This document shows positions 47,516-64,000 of a DNA stretch of 64,000 nucleotides, in pieces. This DNA comes from the human T2T-CHM13v2.0 reference genome, Homo sapiens. A program made the position numbers and the translations under genes. Under the pieces are notes generated by a model. The model was not told the origin of the DNA. It was given only the letters and a program-made list of their open reading frames with translations, and made no database searches. The first letter of the stretch is position 1. Each line of letters begins with the position of its first letter. The stretch is taken from the NCBI RefSeq assembly GCF_009914755.1, contig NC_060937.1. One strand, 5' to 3'.

Positions 47516-50500
47516 AAATGCACACATTCATAACGTGCGACGTAGTGCCAGCTTTGTATTGCCAGAAAATCATTTTAAGAAATAGATTTGGTATGTAAAA
47601 TGGCTAGAAAACACAACACAAATTTGGAACGAAGAAGCTGTTTTGATTCCACATGATCTCTATAAAATATGACCAAAAAAACCGGGAAAATAAAATCATC
47701 TGATCATGTGCAAGTCCTTTTTTAGTACACAATTAGGTGAATCTTGTTTTTATGATTGCTTAGTTTTCATGTTTATAAAATACCATAATATGCCCCATAA
47801 TTATAGCATAATAATAAAATAGGAAAATAACATCTTCCTTTTAATTTTTAAGACAAATTATAATCACAATATTATAGCAGAAGAATGTTTTTCAATTAAA
47901 AAGTGGTTTGGTTAAAATATGATTTTTTTTCTTCTAAAAATCCCAAAATGGCCAAAATATATTTAAAAATATATTTGTTATATATATTTTTATTTAAAAA
48001 TAATTTTTTCTCCCACTTGTTAAAGATTAAGTGGCATAAGTATTTGTTTTGGGGCAATTCACTGCCGACATTCAGAAACAGAACTGTATTATTGGGCACA
48101 GGAAAATCTGATTAGTGTTTCTAAGAATTAGTATAGCACAGCAAGACAGGGAAGCAGTCCAAAGTGCTAAAGGTTAAAAGCAATTTATAAAAACTAGGAA
48201 AAGACCTTACTTGCTTAAAAAAAAAATTTCTTAATAATTAAAATTGTCTAAGTGATATTCTTGAATATTTTTTGTAATAGTTTCATATTATTTTCATAAA
48301 AATACTTTGGTTGAGGCAGCAGCAGAGGAGGAAGAATTAATATAAAGAAAACAAATTTTCCTATTTTGCAAGATCCAAAATCTTATGAATATAGTTTTTA
48401 GTGAAAAAAATTATTAAACTTTTACACAGTAACCCTAAGAAAAGTCTCCACATATGGTCCCAAAGGTTAAAAAAAAAAACCCAAAACTCCTCTGGGGAAA
48501 TAATCATTTCATGAAAAGCAGTCTATTTGGAATTTCACTGGAGACACTCTGAGAATCGAATCGAGCTTAATTTCTGTCTTTGTGATAATCAAATATACAT
48601 TTTGCATTCTAGAAGTTTAGAGGAGGTATTATATGTCCATGGTTTTCTTTAAACAACTCTAACGTCAAAATGGTCAAACTGTTGGACTGATTCATGTTAG
48701 ATAAAACAGATGGGATTCTCAGATCGTGCACCGTTCAGCCGTTTGATGGAATTCGCGCCACCCTGACCAGCGAGCCCAGATGGCGCTTAAATCTGTCACT
48801 CTTTAACGACCCTACTGTTTTTTAAAAATATTTTTATATTTGAGCTCATTCAGTTAATCTGAGAGATTAATCTTTTCCAAGATATGTCTGGGGAGGGCTT
48901 TACTGAGGGTTTCACTTGGAGGAGCTCAGGGAGAGTAAGAAGAATGATGAGGCCTCTTGGACACAGGACTACTTGCTAGAAGGAACCTGGGGAAGAAGGG
49001 CTGGTGGTCCTTGGGCTTTGGAATATTTTTGAGGCAACAAGGCCCAGAAGTGCACGTGAAGAGTGGTAGTGACGGGGGTTAAGGGAAGAGGGGATGGATG
49101 GGGAGGGCGTGGTGCAGGGAGGTGGAGGTGAACACTGACATCGCTGAGACAGTACAGCCCCTGCCAAGAAGCTTAGATCTCAGTAAGGGGCCAAGTGCTG
49201 ACTGTGACCACACCTGAGTGGCTTTAGGCAGCCTGACCTTCACTGCATGGGGATGACTCGGTGGGTGTGCCCCAGGAGCAGAGCCCAAGATGGGCTCCAA
49301 TGTGATAAGCCTCTGGGATGGCTCTGGAAAGAACCTGTTCTGCACCACAACTCTCACAAATCTCATGGGGTTTTTTTCCCTGTAGGTTTTTTCCCCCCTT
49401 TCTTAAATTGTTATTTCGAGCCAGTCAGCCTACTGAAATGCTTCAGTCATTTGGGGTGTAAGATGTTGGCCAGCTCCCGAATCTCTAACCTTGGATACAT
49501 TTGCAGAGTGGCTTGGAATTGCTTTCTATTCCTGCTGGGGTAAGAAAGGGAAAAATGAATGATTTTTCATTATGCACACATGGTATTTTTTCCCGCATTT
49601 GAATCAGATGTAGCAGGTGTCAAAATATGGTACAGAATTTACAGTATTAATGTGAAAATTTCTACTGTCCCAAAAAGCCACCAGAGATGGACAAACCCAC
49701 CTATGTTAACAAAAGTAAAAATGCCCTGCTGTCTTTAAAGATGTTCCTGGTGGTATTTGGGCTGCTCTGTGCTAGTTTTTCTGGGGATCACGTGATGCTG
49801 CCTATACTTGGGGGTCTTGTGGAAAGCAGTGGATGCCTCTCACCCTGCATAGAAGACGGGTCCAAATGTCTTGTGCCCACCTGAGTGTCTACACACTGAA
49901 GACACGTTAGAGGTCTGCTTTAGAGAGGTTTTCCTCCTAAATTAAGGATCTATGACTTTCACATAGACCCAAAAGTGAGCAGAGATGCAAGTTGTGTTGA
50001 GAGGTTCTTTTGGAAGATGTGGGGCTTTGGGGGTCTTGGGGACTGGGGGACTGTCAGAAGTCACTGCTCTAGTAGAATGTGGTGGGAACTTATAACAACA
50101 GATTCTCCACAGAAATGCCACACGTAACCATCCCTTGAGGATGGAGCCACGTATGCTGTAAACAGAGTGGAAGAACATCAAGCTCGTAACTTGTCATTTT
50201 CATCATAAATCTGCTGTAAGCTTGCAACAGCCACGGTTTCCCCCTCCCCACCCACATACACATAGGGACATTATGGAAAGGATTGCAGTATAGTCCTACT
50301 TAAAGAATCTTGCTTTTTTTTTTTTTTTTTTTTTTTAGAAAATAAACAATTGCTAGAAGAGTGGAGAGACCACTTGCATCTAACTCTGTGGCAGGTTTAG
50401 GATTCTGTGTAATCAGTAAGACAGAGAGGGAATGTGTCAACTGGCCTCAATTTCCTAGTAGTTTTGGGTGTTTACAGAGTACAATTGAACATTTTAAGGG

Positions 50501-50817
50501 AAGCAACTTGTGGTGCCTGCATTGAAAATCATTTTGATGAAGTTATGGAATACATTTGATATTACCTAAAAAACAAATCTCCTACTTTTTTGACTCAGAT
50601 ATTTCTAGTAGTCAAAATAAACATTCGCTCTTAAATTTTACTAGTCAACTCATTTCACATTCACCTGATTCCCTCTAAAAACAAAAATCTTTCTACTATT
50701 CCAATTGGCAAATGGTCTGTTTTGGAACAAAAGGATAGATGCATTTGAAGAATTCTCTGGTCACCTGAGAAATGAAGGTTTGCCCATCATTTTTTATTAA
50801 TGCTTGCCAAGTAATTA

Positions 50818-51550
<733 letters not shown>

Positions 51551-51791
51551 CTATCGCTCATCACTGCTGATGTCTAAATCCCCTCCCTGGGCATGAGGAT
51601 GGTACAATGACACAGCAACCCCAGCCTGCCGGGCTTCTGGGATGCCAAGCTGGGGGTGTCCTGGCCAGGTCCAAGGTGCTGGAAGCCAATCCAGAAAATA
51701 GGATGAAGGGATAAAATCACACTCCAAGGCCGTGATATGATTGAATCAAGGTGTTAATCTAGGTGAAGAGTGCAGAAGCCAGATTCACTAG

Positions 51792-52186
<395 letters not shown>

Positions 52187-52795
52187 AGGTCCTTAGCTTT
52201 GAATGGGGAGTGAGGCATTAGGGGCATGGAGACACGTGAAGAACATGTAGCTTGTCCTTTCTTCCTTCCAGAGCTTTCTCTAGCCATTTGCAAAAATTCC
52301 ACAAGCACATTATGCAGTCATTTTTCTAGGAACTGGAGAGAGGGGAGAGGTGGATGGGAGGGGAGGGTGTCATAAGCCTTGAAAAAGTTAGATATTCCAA
52401 AGAACCTTAGCTTTTCCCAAATAGGAAATGGAGAGTTGGGTGGTAGTTTCAAATCATTATTTCATTTTCTTTACCTCTGAAAAGATTTCTTAGTTTACTG
52501 AGAGCCTACCTTCAATTGCATGGACGTTGTACATTTTCTTTTTCATTCCCCATGAAGATCCCTATTTTTAGCTTTTAAGAGCTGTTACTCACAACTGAGA
52601 TACAAACAGTGTTCTGCACCCCACACAGCATATATCTCATGATTAGTGACAGGGTTCCTAGAACTGCAAGACAAGTTTGGGCTTACTCAATCTGTTAAGT
52701 TTCCTTATAGGCATATTTTTTCATTCTATTGTTTTAGCAAGGGGCCTATTAGAAATTTCCATGTGTATAAATGACACTTTAAAGAGCTGGGTGCA

Positions 52796-53260
<465 letters not shown>

Positions 53261-53589
53261 GTAAAAATTAAATTTAAGAAGTTCTTCACCATCCAAGTTA
53301 TGTTACGTGGAATTTCCCATGGCAGTTTCCTGAAACATAACTTGTTTATGTTTCCTGAAACAAAACTTACCTGCAGTTTCTAGACACGTGCTCTAAAAAC
53401 AGGCATCTACTGGCCTGTTTTAGGATTTAGAAATCTCTGCTCTGCCCTTCTTTCAACTATCCAAATGAAAAGAATGTTTTAACATTTCATATTTGTGAAA
53501 GTTTCCTCAATTACTGACTTTTTTCAGTTTTACAATTTGTTTTTGGCCAAAACAACAGCAACAACAAAAATACGATTTAACTGCAAAAT

Positions 53590-54210
53590 TGACCCCCTGA
53601 TCTTAGCTACACCTTCCGTGGTCCTTTTCTACCATTCAGCTTGACCCTCCACCCATGGGAGGTCTCTGCTCATTGGGAATACTGGGCCATGAAACATCTC
53701 AATATTTTCCATGGTCTTTACTTTATGCTTGCTCCTCTTCTGTTCTTCATACAGCAAGCCAGAGAATCAGATCATGTCACTTCCCTGCATATCTTTCAAA
53801 ACATCCCATTGAACTTAGAATACAATCCCTCCTCCTTACTGTGGCCACCAAAGCCCTGCATTGCTGGCTCCTGCTGACCTCTCCAGCAACATCTTATGCC
53901 ACTCTCTCCCTTGTCCGCTGCCCTTATGACACACCGGTCTCCTTTCAGTGCCTGCGGTATACAGCGAGCTAGTTCCTGCCTCAGGGTTGTTGCACTAGCT
54001 GGTTCTGCTGCCAGATTCTTTCTGTAGCTGGCTCCTTGTCCTCTTGAGGCCCTAAAGCCTTCCCTACCATCCTATTTTAGGACTCTTATCCTCAACCCCC
54101 TGCCATGATTCTCTCTCACAGCATCCTGTTTCTTTCCTTCATGGCATTTATCACAGTCTGTCAATTTTTGTTTTTTGTTTTCTCGTATAATGTTTGTCTT
54201 CCCTACTGCA
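53590..54210 (+). mobile_element. L2 fragment
   Basis: atcagatcatgtcacttccctgc...cttactgtggccaccaaagccctgc...cctgcctcagggttgttgcac. Confidence 0.75.
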
Positions 54211-54364
54211 GGCCAAAGAGTTTGAGCTGAGCAGGGAGTTGCTACTGAAAGTGTTTGATCAGGGGAGGGTATGATTGCACTTTAAGGAGATTGATCTATA
54301 GCCATGGACAAAATAGATTTAAGTGCTTGGTGAAGGCAAGGGAGAGACTGAAACAGAAAAGCTA

Positions 54365-54709
<345 letters not shown>

Positions 54710-55074
54710 CTAGTAGGTGACAGGGACTCAAACTGGTAGGTGAGAAGGGATGTGTGAGAGACTGCCCTTGTGCCTGGACTCACGTCCCTGACTTGTGCAC
54801 CTCCCTCCCAAGCACACAGTCCCCTTCTCACATCCTCGCCCTCACTCCACCCTTCACCGTCTCCTTTTGGGTGTCACCTCTGAGGCAGGCACTACAGGCC
54901 TTCTGGGTGATTCTTGAGTGATGGGTATGTCTCACATCTTTTTGTTGATGATACAGTTCCTTTATACAGAGCTGTATTGTTATTAGCTGTCGTCCCTCTT
55001 GTTAGAGCCCTTCTCAAGGAAGAATAAATACACTGTAGGTGACTAGGTGACTCCTGGAATCTTTTCTTCGGGAA

Positions 55075-55262
55075 TTTCTTTTTTTTTTTCTTTTTTTTTT
55101 TTTTGAGACAGAGTCCCACTCTGTTACCCAGGCTGGAGTGCCAGAGTGCAGTGTTGCAGTCATAGCTCACTGCGACCACAAACTCCTGGGCTCAAGTGAT
55201 CCTCCCACTTCAGCCTCCAGAGTAGCTGAGACAACAGGCATGCACTACTGTGCCTAGCTGCC
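55075..55262 (-). mobile_element. Alu right monomer (FRAM/AluJ-like)
   Basis: Poly-T followed by a single reverse arm. Confidence 0.85.
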
Positions 55263-55342
55263 TATCAGTTTTTCTTTACTGGGTAAGTATAAATATCTAA
55301 ACATCCACAAGACATGGAATTGAGAGTCTCTTTTCTCTGTCA

Positions 55343-55669
<327 letters not shown>

Positions 55670-56019
55670 TTAAACAGCAACAATAACATTTTACCTCATT
55701 TTTCTCCACTGTTCATTTTGTTTGAAAATCTGTGTGGCAAAACTCTATGCCCTTAACCCTTAAAGTTGCCATTAGCCAGATGATGGCAGGGGAAGGGCGC
55801 ATGGGATCTTCAGCAGTCCTTCATCCATGCGCCCAATGGGTATTGAGGAGCCACCATGTTCAGGGCACTGGGGAGATCCATCCATGAACAGAACCAAAAT
55901 CTGCCCCCCTAGAGCTTACAATTCAGCAGGCTGATGGTAACAACAGAGATAAATAAGTTGGTCATGGAGAATTTTAGAAAGTGTCCAGTGTCATGGTGCA
56001 ACAGAAAAGGTGCAACAGG

Positions 56020-56313
56020 GGCCAGGCATGGTAGCTTAGCCTGTAATCCCAGCACTTTGAGAGGCTGAGGTAGGCAGATCACCTGAGGTCAGGAGTTCAA
56101 GACCAGCCTGGCCAACATGGTGAAACCCTGTTTCTATTAAAAATACAAAAATTAGCCGGGCATGGTGGCGCACACCTGTAATCCCAGCTACTCAGAAGGC
56201 TGAGGCAGGAGAATCACTTGAACCCGGGAGGCAGAGGTTGCAGTAAGGTGAGATAGCACCACTGCACTCTAGCCTGGGCGACAGAGCGAGACTCCGTCTC
56301 AAAAAAAAAAAAA
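56020..56313 (+). mobile_element. Alu (AluSx-like)
   Basis: Dimer; TSD gaaa(a/t)ggtgc(a/g)acagg. Confidence 0.95.
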
Positions 56314-57019
56314 AGAAATGGTGCGACAGGGGCAAAGGAAATGAGGGGAGGCAGGATGCTATTTTAAATAGGGGGTAAGGATAAGCCCCATTGAGAAGGT
56401 AATATCTGAGCAAAAGTTTGAAGGAGAGGAAGGACTTAGCCTTGAATACTTTTGAGGAAGAATGGTCTAGGTAGAGCAGCCCTGTGTGTCCGTGGTTAGC
56501 AGGGAGGGCTGTGGGCTGGTGTGAAGTGAGAGGGGTCCACAGCAATGGAGGTGAGACCAGAGGGGGAACCAGAGGCCAGATCGCTGGAAGGATGTTGGCT
56601 TTACTCCAGGTGGAATGAGGAGCCATTGCAGAGTTTTTAAACAGATCCCTCCAGAAGTTATGTTGAGAATACCATGTAGGAGACGAGGGTTGAAGTGGGG
56701 AGACCCGTCAGGAGATAGTTGCTGTGAGACAGGTGAGAGCTGCTGGTGTCTCAAACTGAGTGAGATGTACCTGGGATATGTTTCGAAGCAGAATCAATGA
56801 GATTTCCTGGTGGGTTGAGTGTTTCTCAGTTGGAAATAAAAGAGGAGTCAAGGATGACTGTCAAGGTTTTTGGTTTGTGTGACTGGAGGGAAAGAGTGGC
56901 TTTCAAAATGGGTTTGGCAATAAATGGAGCACGCTTTTGTTGGGGTAGGGGTGGAGGTCAAGAGTTCAGCTTTGGACATGTTGAATTTAAGATAGCTACT
57001 AGAATTCGTTTTTTTTTAG

Positions 57020-57338
<319 letters not shown>

Positions 57339-57775
57339 GATAGCTACTAGAATTCTAAGTGGAGGTATGAAGTAGGCAGTTTTGGGGAGAGAGGCTGGGT
57401 CTGGAGATGTACGTGTGGGAGCTGTTAGCAGAGAAATGGTATTTAAAGTCTGGGTGGGGTGACTTAGGAATGGACACAGAGCTGACTGAGCAGTCACACC
57501 CCGTTTCCCCACGAAGACCTCAGCCCAAGGCAACCACTAATCTATTTTCTGTCTTAATGTTGGACACTCCAACATTAAGGGATGCGTAAGAAGAAGTGGA
57601 GGGGGAACCAGCAAAGGAGATGGAGAAGTCATGAGCAGTAAGATAGGATGATTACCAAGGAGTATATGTCCTGGGAACCAAGTGAAAACAGTACAGCAAG
57701 TTGGGAGGGGGTGATTGCACCAGATGTTGCTGCCACTGGGTCAGATAATTAGGAAACCAAGAATCGACTATTGAA

Positions 57776-57948
57776 AGCTGGATGCAATGGTGCTTGTCTA
57801 TAATTCCAGCCACTCAGGAGACTGAGATGCAAGGATGGCATGAGCCCAGGAGTTCGAGGCTGCAGAGAACAATGATCGCTCCTGTGAATAGCTGCTGCAT
57901 TCCAGTCTGGGCAACATAGCCAGACCAGACCCTGTCTCTTAAAAAAAC
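57776..57948 (+). mobile_element. FAM (fossil Alu monomer)
   Basis: Monomer with cctgtgaatagctgctgcattccag 7SL-type segment. Confidence 0.85.
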
Positions 57949-58231
57949 AAAAATTGGGCTATTGGATTTAGCCACGTGGGGGTCATGGGTGACCTTGACA
58001 AGAGCAGATTTGGTAGAAGCATGGAATGGATTTTTCCTAATATTCCTCCTCTTCAGGGGCAGACAATATTTAAATGAAACCGTATTTGGAGCACTCATCA
58101 GGCTTTAATATTGATGCTGCATCTTCTACTGTCACATACATAAAGGGGACCAGGACCACTGCATTACAGATGTGACTATTTCTACCTTATATATGTATGC
58201 CCTATATGTGTATATACTTTATGTGTCTATA

Positions 58232-59044
<813 letters not shown>

Positions 59045-59052
59045 ACAGACTG

Positions 59053-59232
59053 GCTTCCTTCCTTCCCTCCGTCCGTCCTTCCTTCCTTCCTTCCTTCCTT
59101 CCTTCCTTCCTTCCTTCCTTCCTTCCTTCCTTCCTTCCTTCCTTTCCTCCCTTTCTTTTTCTTTTTCTATTTCTCTTTCTCTCTCTCTTTCTTCCCTCCT
59201 CTCCCCTCCCCTCCTGTCCTCTTCTCTCTTTC
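59053..59232. repeat. (TTCC)n microsatellite grading into a CT-rich tract
   Basis: Direct reading; derived from the tail of the Alu at 59233-59495. Confidence 0.95.
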
Positions 59233-59876
<644 letters not shown>

Positions 59877-61917
59877 TAAAAAAAAAAAAAGGACAAAGTT
59901 GGACAGTAGAGCTGAGAGCACAAATTGTCCCCTTTTTTTCCCAGGTCCTTAGGTTCGTAGACCTGTGTCAGCCATAATTACTGCTGAATGTGACTCCTGT
60001 GTATACGGTCATTTTTATTTTTTCTGTTCCTGGAGGTAATGCAATAAGTCACCTCAAAAAGGGCAGAGAATGAGGGAGAGAATCTACCTGCATTGGCGTA
60101 TTGAAAAGATCAGATTATTTCAGAATCCAGATCATTGTTTACTTTTAGCTGCATAAAAATATCCAAGTAGATTTTCTTATAACCTCTCCAAGATAAAGAT
60201 GCCAGAAACGGCAGCCAAATACATTGACTTTGAGAGAGGAAAAAAAAAAAGCTTGTAATTGCCGATCACTCCTTAGATTTACTTCTGGGGAGCATCAATT
60301 AAAAATCTCAAAACACGTGGCTTTTTCAGTAAAATTATATTAATATGGAGGAAGAGTTTTTATTAAATATGAGTGCACGTGTGTCTGTGTCTGTGTGTGT
60401 TTTAAACGTTTCCATAATGAGTTCCCAAGTGCTTTTTTGGCAGTAGTTATTAAAGCTTGTGTGTTTGCGATTTATCTGGCAAAATGCCTTTAGTGAAGAA
60501 AGGATATAGTGTTCTCTTGGTTCTTTGCCCAAAGTAATTTTGGAGAAATCTGTGACTGTATTTAGTTCATGTCATTCATTGGAGACAAGTCATTGTAATT
60601 ACATTTGATCACAATCAGTTTACAGTTGTTTTATCATGTTTTCATGCTGAATATCTACTCAGACATCATAGCAAAATTTAATGGCTACTGTTTTATTTGT
60701 ACATAAAAAGATTTATAGCCCTTTTTTGCAGTACACATCGGGTTTCAATCATCACTGCTACAGAGTGAGAGGAAAGCTATGGATAAAGAACTATCAGAAA
60801 TCCTTGACTACATAAAATTTTATTTCAGGTCACCTTGCCATAAAAGATATTGAATGTATTTTGTGGCTTTTCCTCCTGACATGCTAACCGTTGTAGAAGA
60901 GTTGCAATATTTGGAGGAAACCGTATGAAATGTGGAACTTAATTCACTTAAGATGGTTTACATTTGCGCGTGTTTTCCACTGGAAATAGCCATGCCAGCC
61001 TTATGAATGGCCCCTGGGTAATGCAGAGTAAAAGGCAATGGCATTACCGATATTGTTGAGTTTTAAAAGGAAGTTGTCTTCTTAACCATACGGCTGAACA
61101 TTTTGTCATTGTTGTTTCAGAAGGTCTGCTCTAACATCTGCACTGCGGCAGAGTTGTGTTACAGGGTGTTATTTACAGCTGCCAAATGCTGGAGGCTCTC
61201 ATGTATCAGACAGTCTCTGATTTGCTAATTGTGGAAGCCTTGATTCACCAGTGAATTTGGGTAAATTCACTAGTTATCTCCTAAGTGTCACTTCTCACCA
61301 TGCCTTATTTTTCCCAAAAGGTTGATTCCAAGCTCTGCTGAAATCTGCTCTTGGTCTATATGTTTGAGTCTACATTGTTGAAGAAGCTCCCTTTAGAAAA
61401 GTGTAATTAATGGGAAACTTTGACATCCAGCTGAGAAAATTAGTTTGCATCAAAAAAGGCAAGATAGAGGATTAAAGAAATTTTAGTCCTAATCTAATTA
61501 ACACCAATTAAAAGATGCAGATGAATTTACACCAACAAATTGTTAATTATGCACCAATTTGCCTTTTTTCTGCAACCAAACTGAAATCAGGAAAGTATTA
61601 TTATCTTTTTTGTTTGAGGAGACTTACATTGTGGGTTTGTTACAATCATCTTTTATATAATTAAAAGGTAGGCAGAAAGAGCGTGAAATATTTCAGTCTC
61701 CTGACATTTTAATTTAGGTTAACTCTTTAAAAATACAAAGTACAGAAAAAAAAAATTCCAGAAAGTACAGGATAATTCTATTAGCATTTATTCACTGACT
61801 AGATATTTATTGAGGACCTAGTATGTGCTGGACACTTAGGTAACCATTGTTTCTCTCACTCAAAATATTTTAACTTGTTTGTATTTCTAATATATTGCTC
61901 ATTAGAAAAATTGTATA

Positions 61918-62239
<322 letters not shown>

Positions 62240-64000
62240 CTAATTGTACCAAAATTGTATAAGCTAATTAAATTCTGCCCTGGATACATGTCAGAAAAGG
62301 AGAATCGAAATTTTGGGCCTCAAGAAATGCTCTTAATGTCCCAGAACTCCTCTTTAATGTGACCTTTTAGGGTATTCAGCGTCCATCTTCCTCACCCGGG
62401 GAATCTGTGTTTGTTTCCCAGTGTTACTCAGATCTCCACTGTGCTGGGACTTTCTTTTTCCTTGTGAATCACTCTTACAGCTCCTCAGATGGTGATCTGA
62501 GTAATTATGTAGAGGGTGGTGAAGCACAGACCTTTTAGATCTGCAAATGACACATCTGTCCAAATGTCATGTAATGAGTAACCACAATCCACTTTATATA
62601 AGCCATATTTCTTCTCTTTCCAAAATGGGAAGGAGAGGGTGGGGGGGGAAATGTCTGGTAGAAATGGGAAGAAAAGCATTTCTATGGATTCCTCTAGCCA
62701 TTAATTACATAGAAAATGCCACAGCTGCCCTCAGATTTCCAGGTGCACGTTATTAAACGTCATTCAAAGGAAATGTTTGGCCAACTAGATCCTGATGTGA
62801 GAAACAGCATCCTAAAGAGCTATGTATGTTACTGTCTAATGCATGTACTTAGGCATTAAATAATATTAAATGACCATATTACCTTCTTGGGGCAATAGTT
62901 AATATAAACATTTAGGATGCTCAGTTTGTACTTTTCAGTATTTGTGCTGGAAACTTTTGCATTCACAACTTTGAAAACTGGCTCGTGTTTTCATGGGAAG
63001 TGTCAGTTTAAAGTTGGCCTACTAATTAATGGGGGAATTTCAATATGGCAGTGCCTATGACAGCAAATGAAAAGCATTCTTTATAAACATCGTCTTCCTC
63101 CACACATTCACAGGTTAGTATCTGACACCCATTTTTAATTTCTAGAGCACCATTTGTACTTCTCTGTGGTTTTGCCTGCAAGTCTTCGATGATGCAGTCC
63201 ACCCTTCCATAAAAACGTACTCCAATTTTCCTAGATTCTACTTTCATTGTTTTGTGAATCAAGTTAGAAGGTACATAACTTAGCCTGATGAGATGGCATT
63301 CATAAGGTTAGGATAGCAGAGTTGCCTAACTAATCTTCCTGTTGCAATGAAATAAAAGAATGATATCTAAGTTGACCAACCTTGTAAAAGGTAATTTTAC
63401 AAGAGGCCTCCAAAAATAACGGACTAGGACTGGCCAGAGAAGAAAATAAACCCCTCATCCTCAATCCAGAACCCAGAGTTTGTCATCACTAGTCGAAAAG
63501 CTTGTTTGTTTTATACCTAAGTGAGACCTTGAGTTATCCAATGTGCTTCCATCACAGAATGGCCCACCAGGGTAGAAGGATTCTGAGTGTATTCCCTGAT
63601 GCTGTTGCCATGTGCCTATGGAATACCTATGCTCCATATTTAGCCCTCTTTCTGTGTAGTAGCAGAGACGTGGATGGCTGCTGAAACTAAGGGCCCAGTC
63701 TTTGGCCTTAGGACAGACCACTGGGTTTCTCCCACTGCCTAAAACCTTAGTAGCATTAGCATCAGACATGGACCCAATAAACAAACTACCTAGTTGATAA
63801 GCGCCGCATTTTTCATGATGTTTTACTGTGGCCTATCCACACACTCTTTCCTATTCCATGAAAGGAAGAAAAAGATAATTTGAGTTGTCCTATAAATTAA
63901 AATTTTTCCTTTGTGATTATTTTGGACCAGCGCCATAACATTCAGAAGATTATGAGTGGAGTCTTTAGTCTGTGAACAAAGTCCTAAGAAGGAAGTAGTG

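Noticed and set aside
63026-63262. 78-aa minus-strand ORF with protein-like composition
   Set aside because: Non-ATG start in the track, no family I recognise, no convincing splice boundaries, poly-A tail or TSD. A BLASTX/PhyloCSF check would settle it.

Overview
Primate (human-like) non-coding genomic DNA; I could not identify the gene or locus from the sequence alone. There is no recognisable protein-coding exon, tRNA, rRNA or CRISPR array. The ORFs in the track are best explained as Alu, L1 or simple-repeat translations, or as chance frames. About 40 Alu-family SINEs are present (AluJ/S/Y-like, FLAM, FAM), most with readable target-site duplications (TSDs). There are also old L1M, L2 and MIR fragments, MaLR LTRs, hAT DNA transposons, microsatellites and a 19-bp minisatellite. 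The main non-repeat features are: a CpG island (~40.73-41.58 kb) inside a 12.6-kb Alu-free block and flanked by TCF/LEF motifs; an extended CTCF site at ~39.17 kb; a candidate TATA-driven first exon ending in ATG|GTAAGT (~11.65-11.83 kb); and a near-perfect 32-bp hairpin at 18,023-18,095. T-rich unique DNA and mostly antisense L1/LTR remnants suggest an intron of a + strand transcript (inference). I see no convincing new biological system. The best leads are the hairpin, the candidate Wnt-responsive island and several unusual retrotransposition or recombination footprints. Repeat subfamily names were assigned by eye and are approximate.
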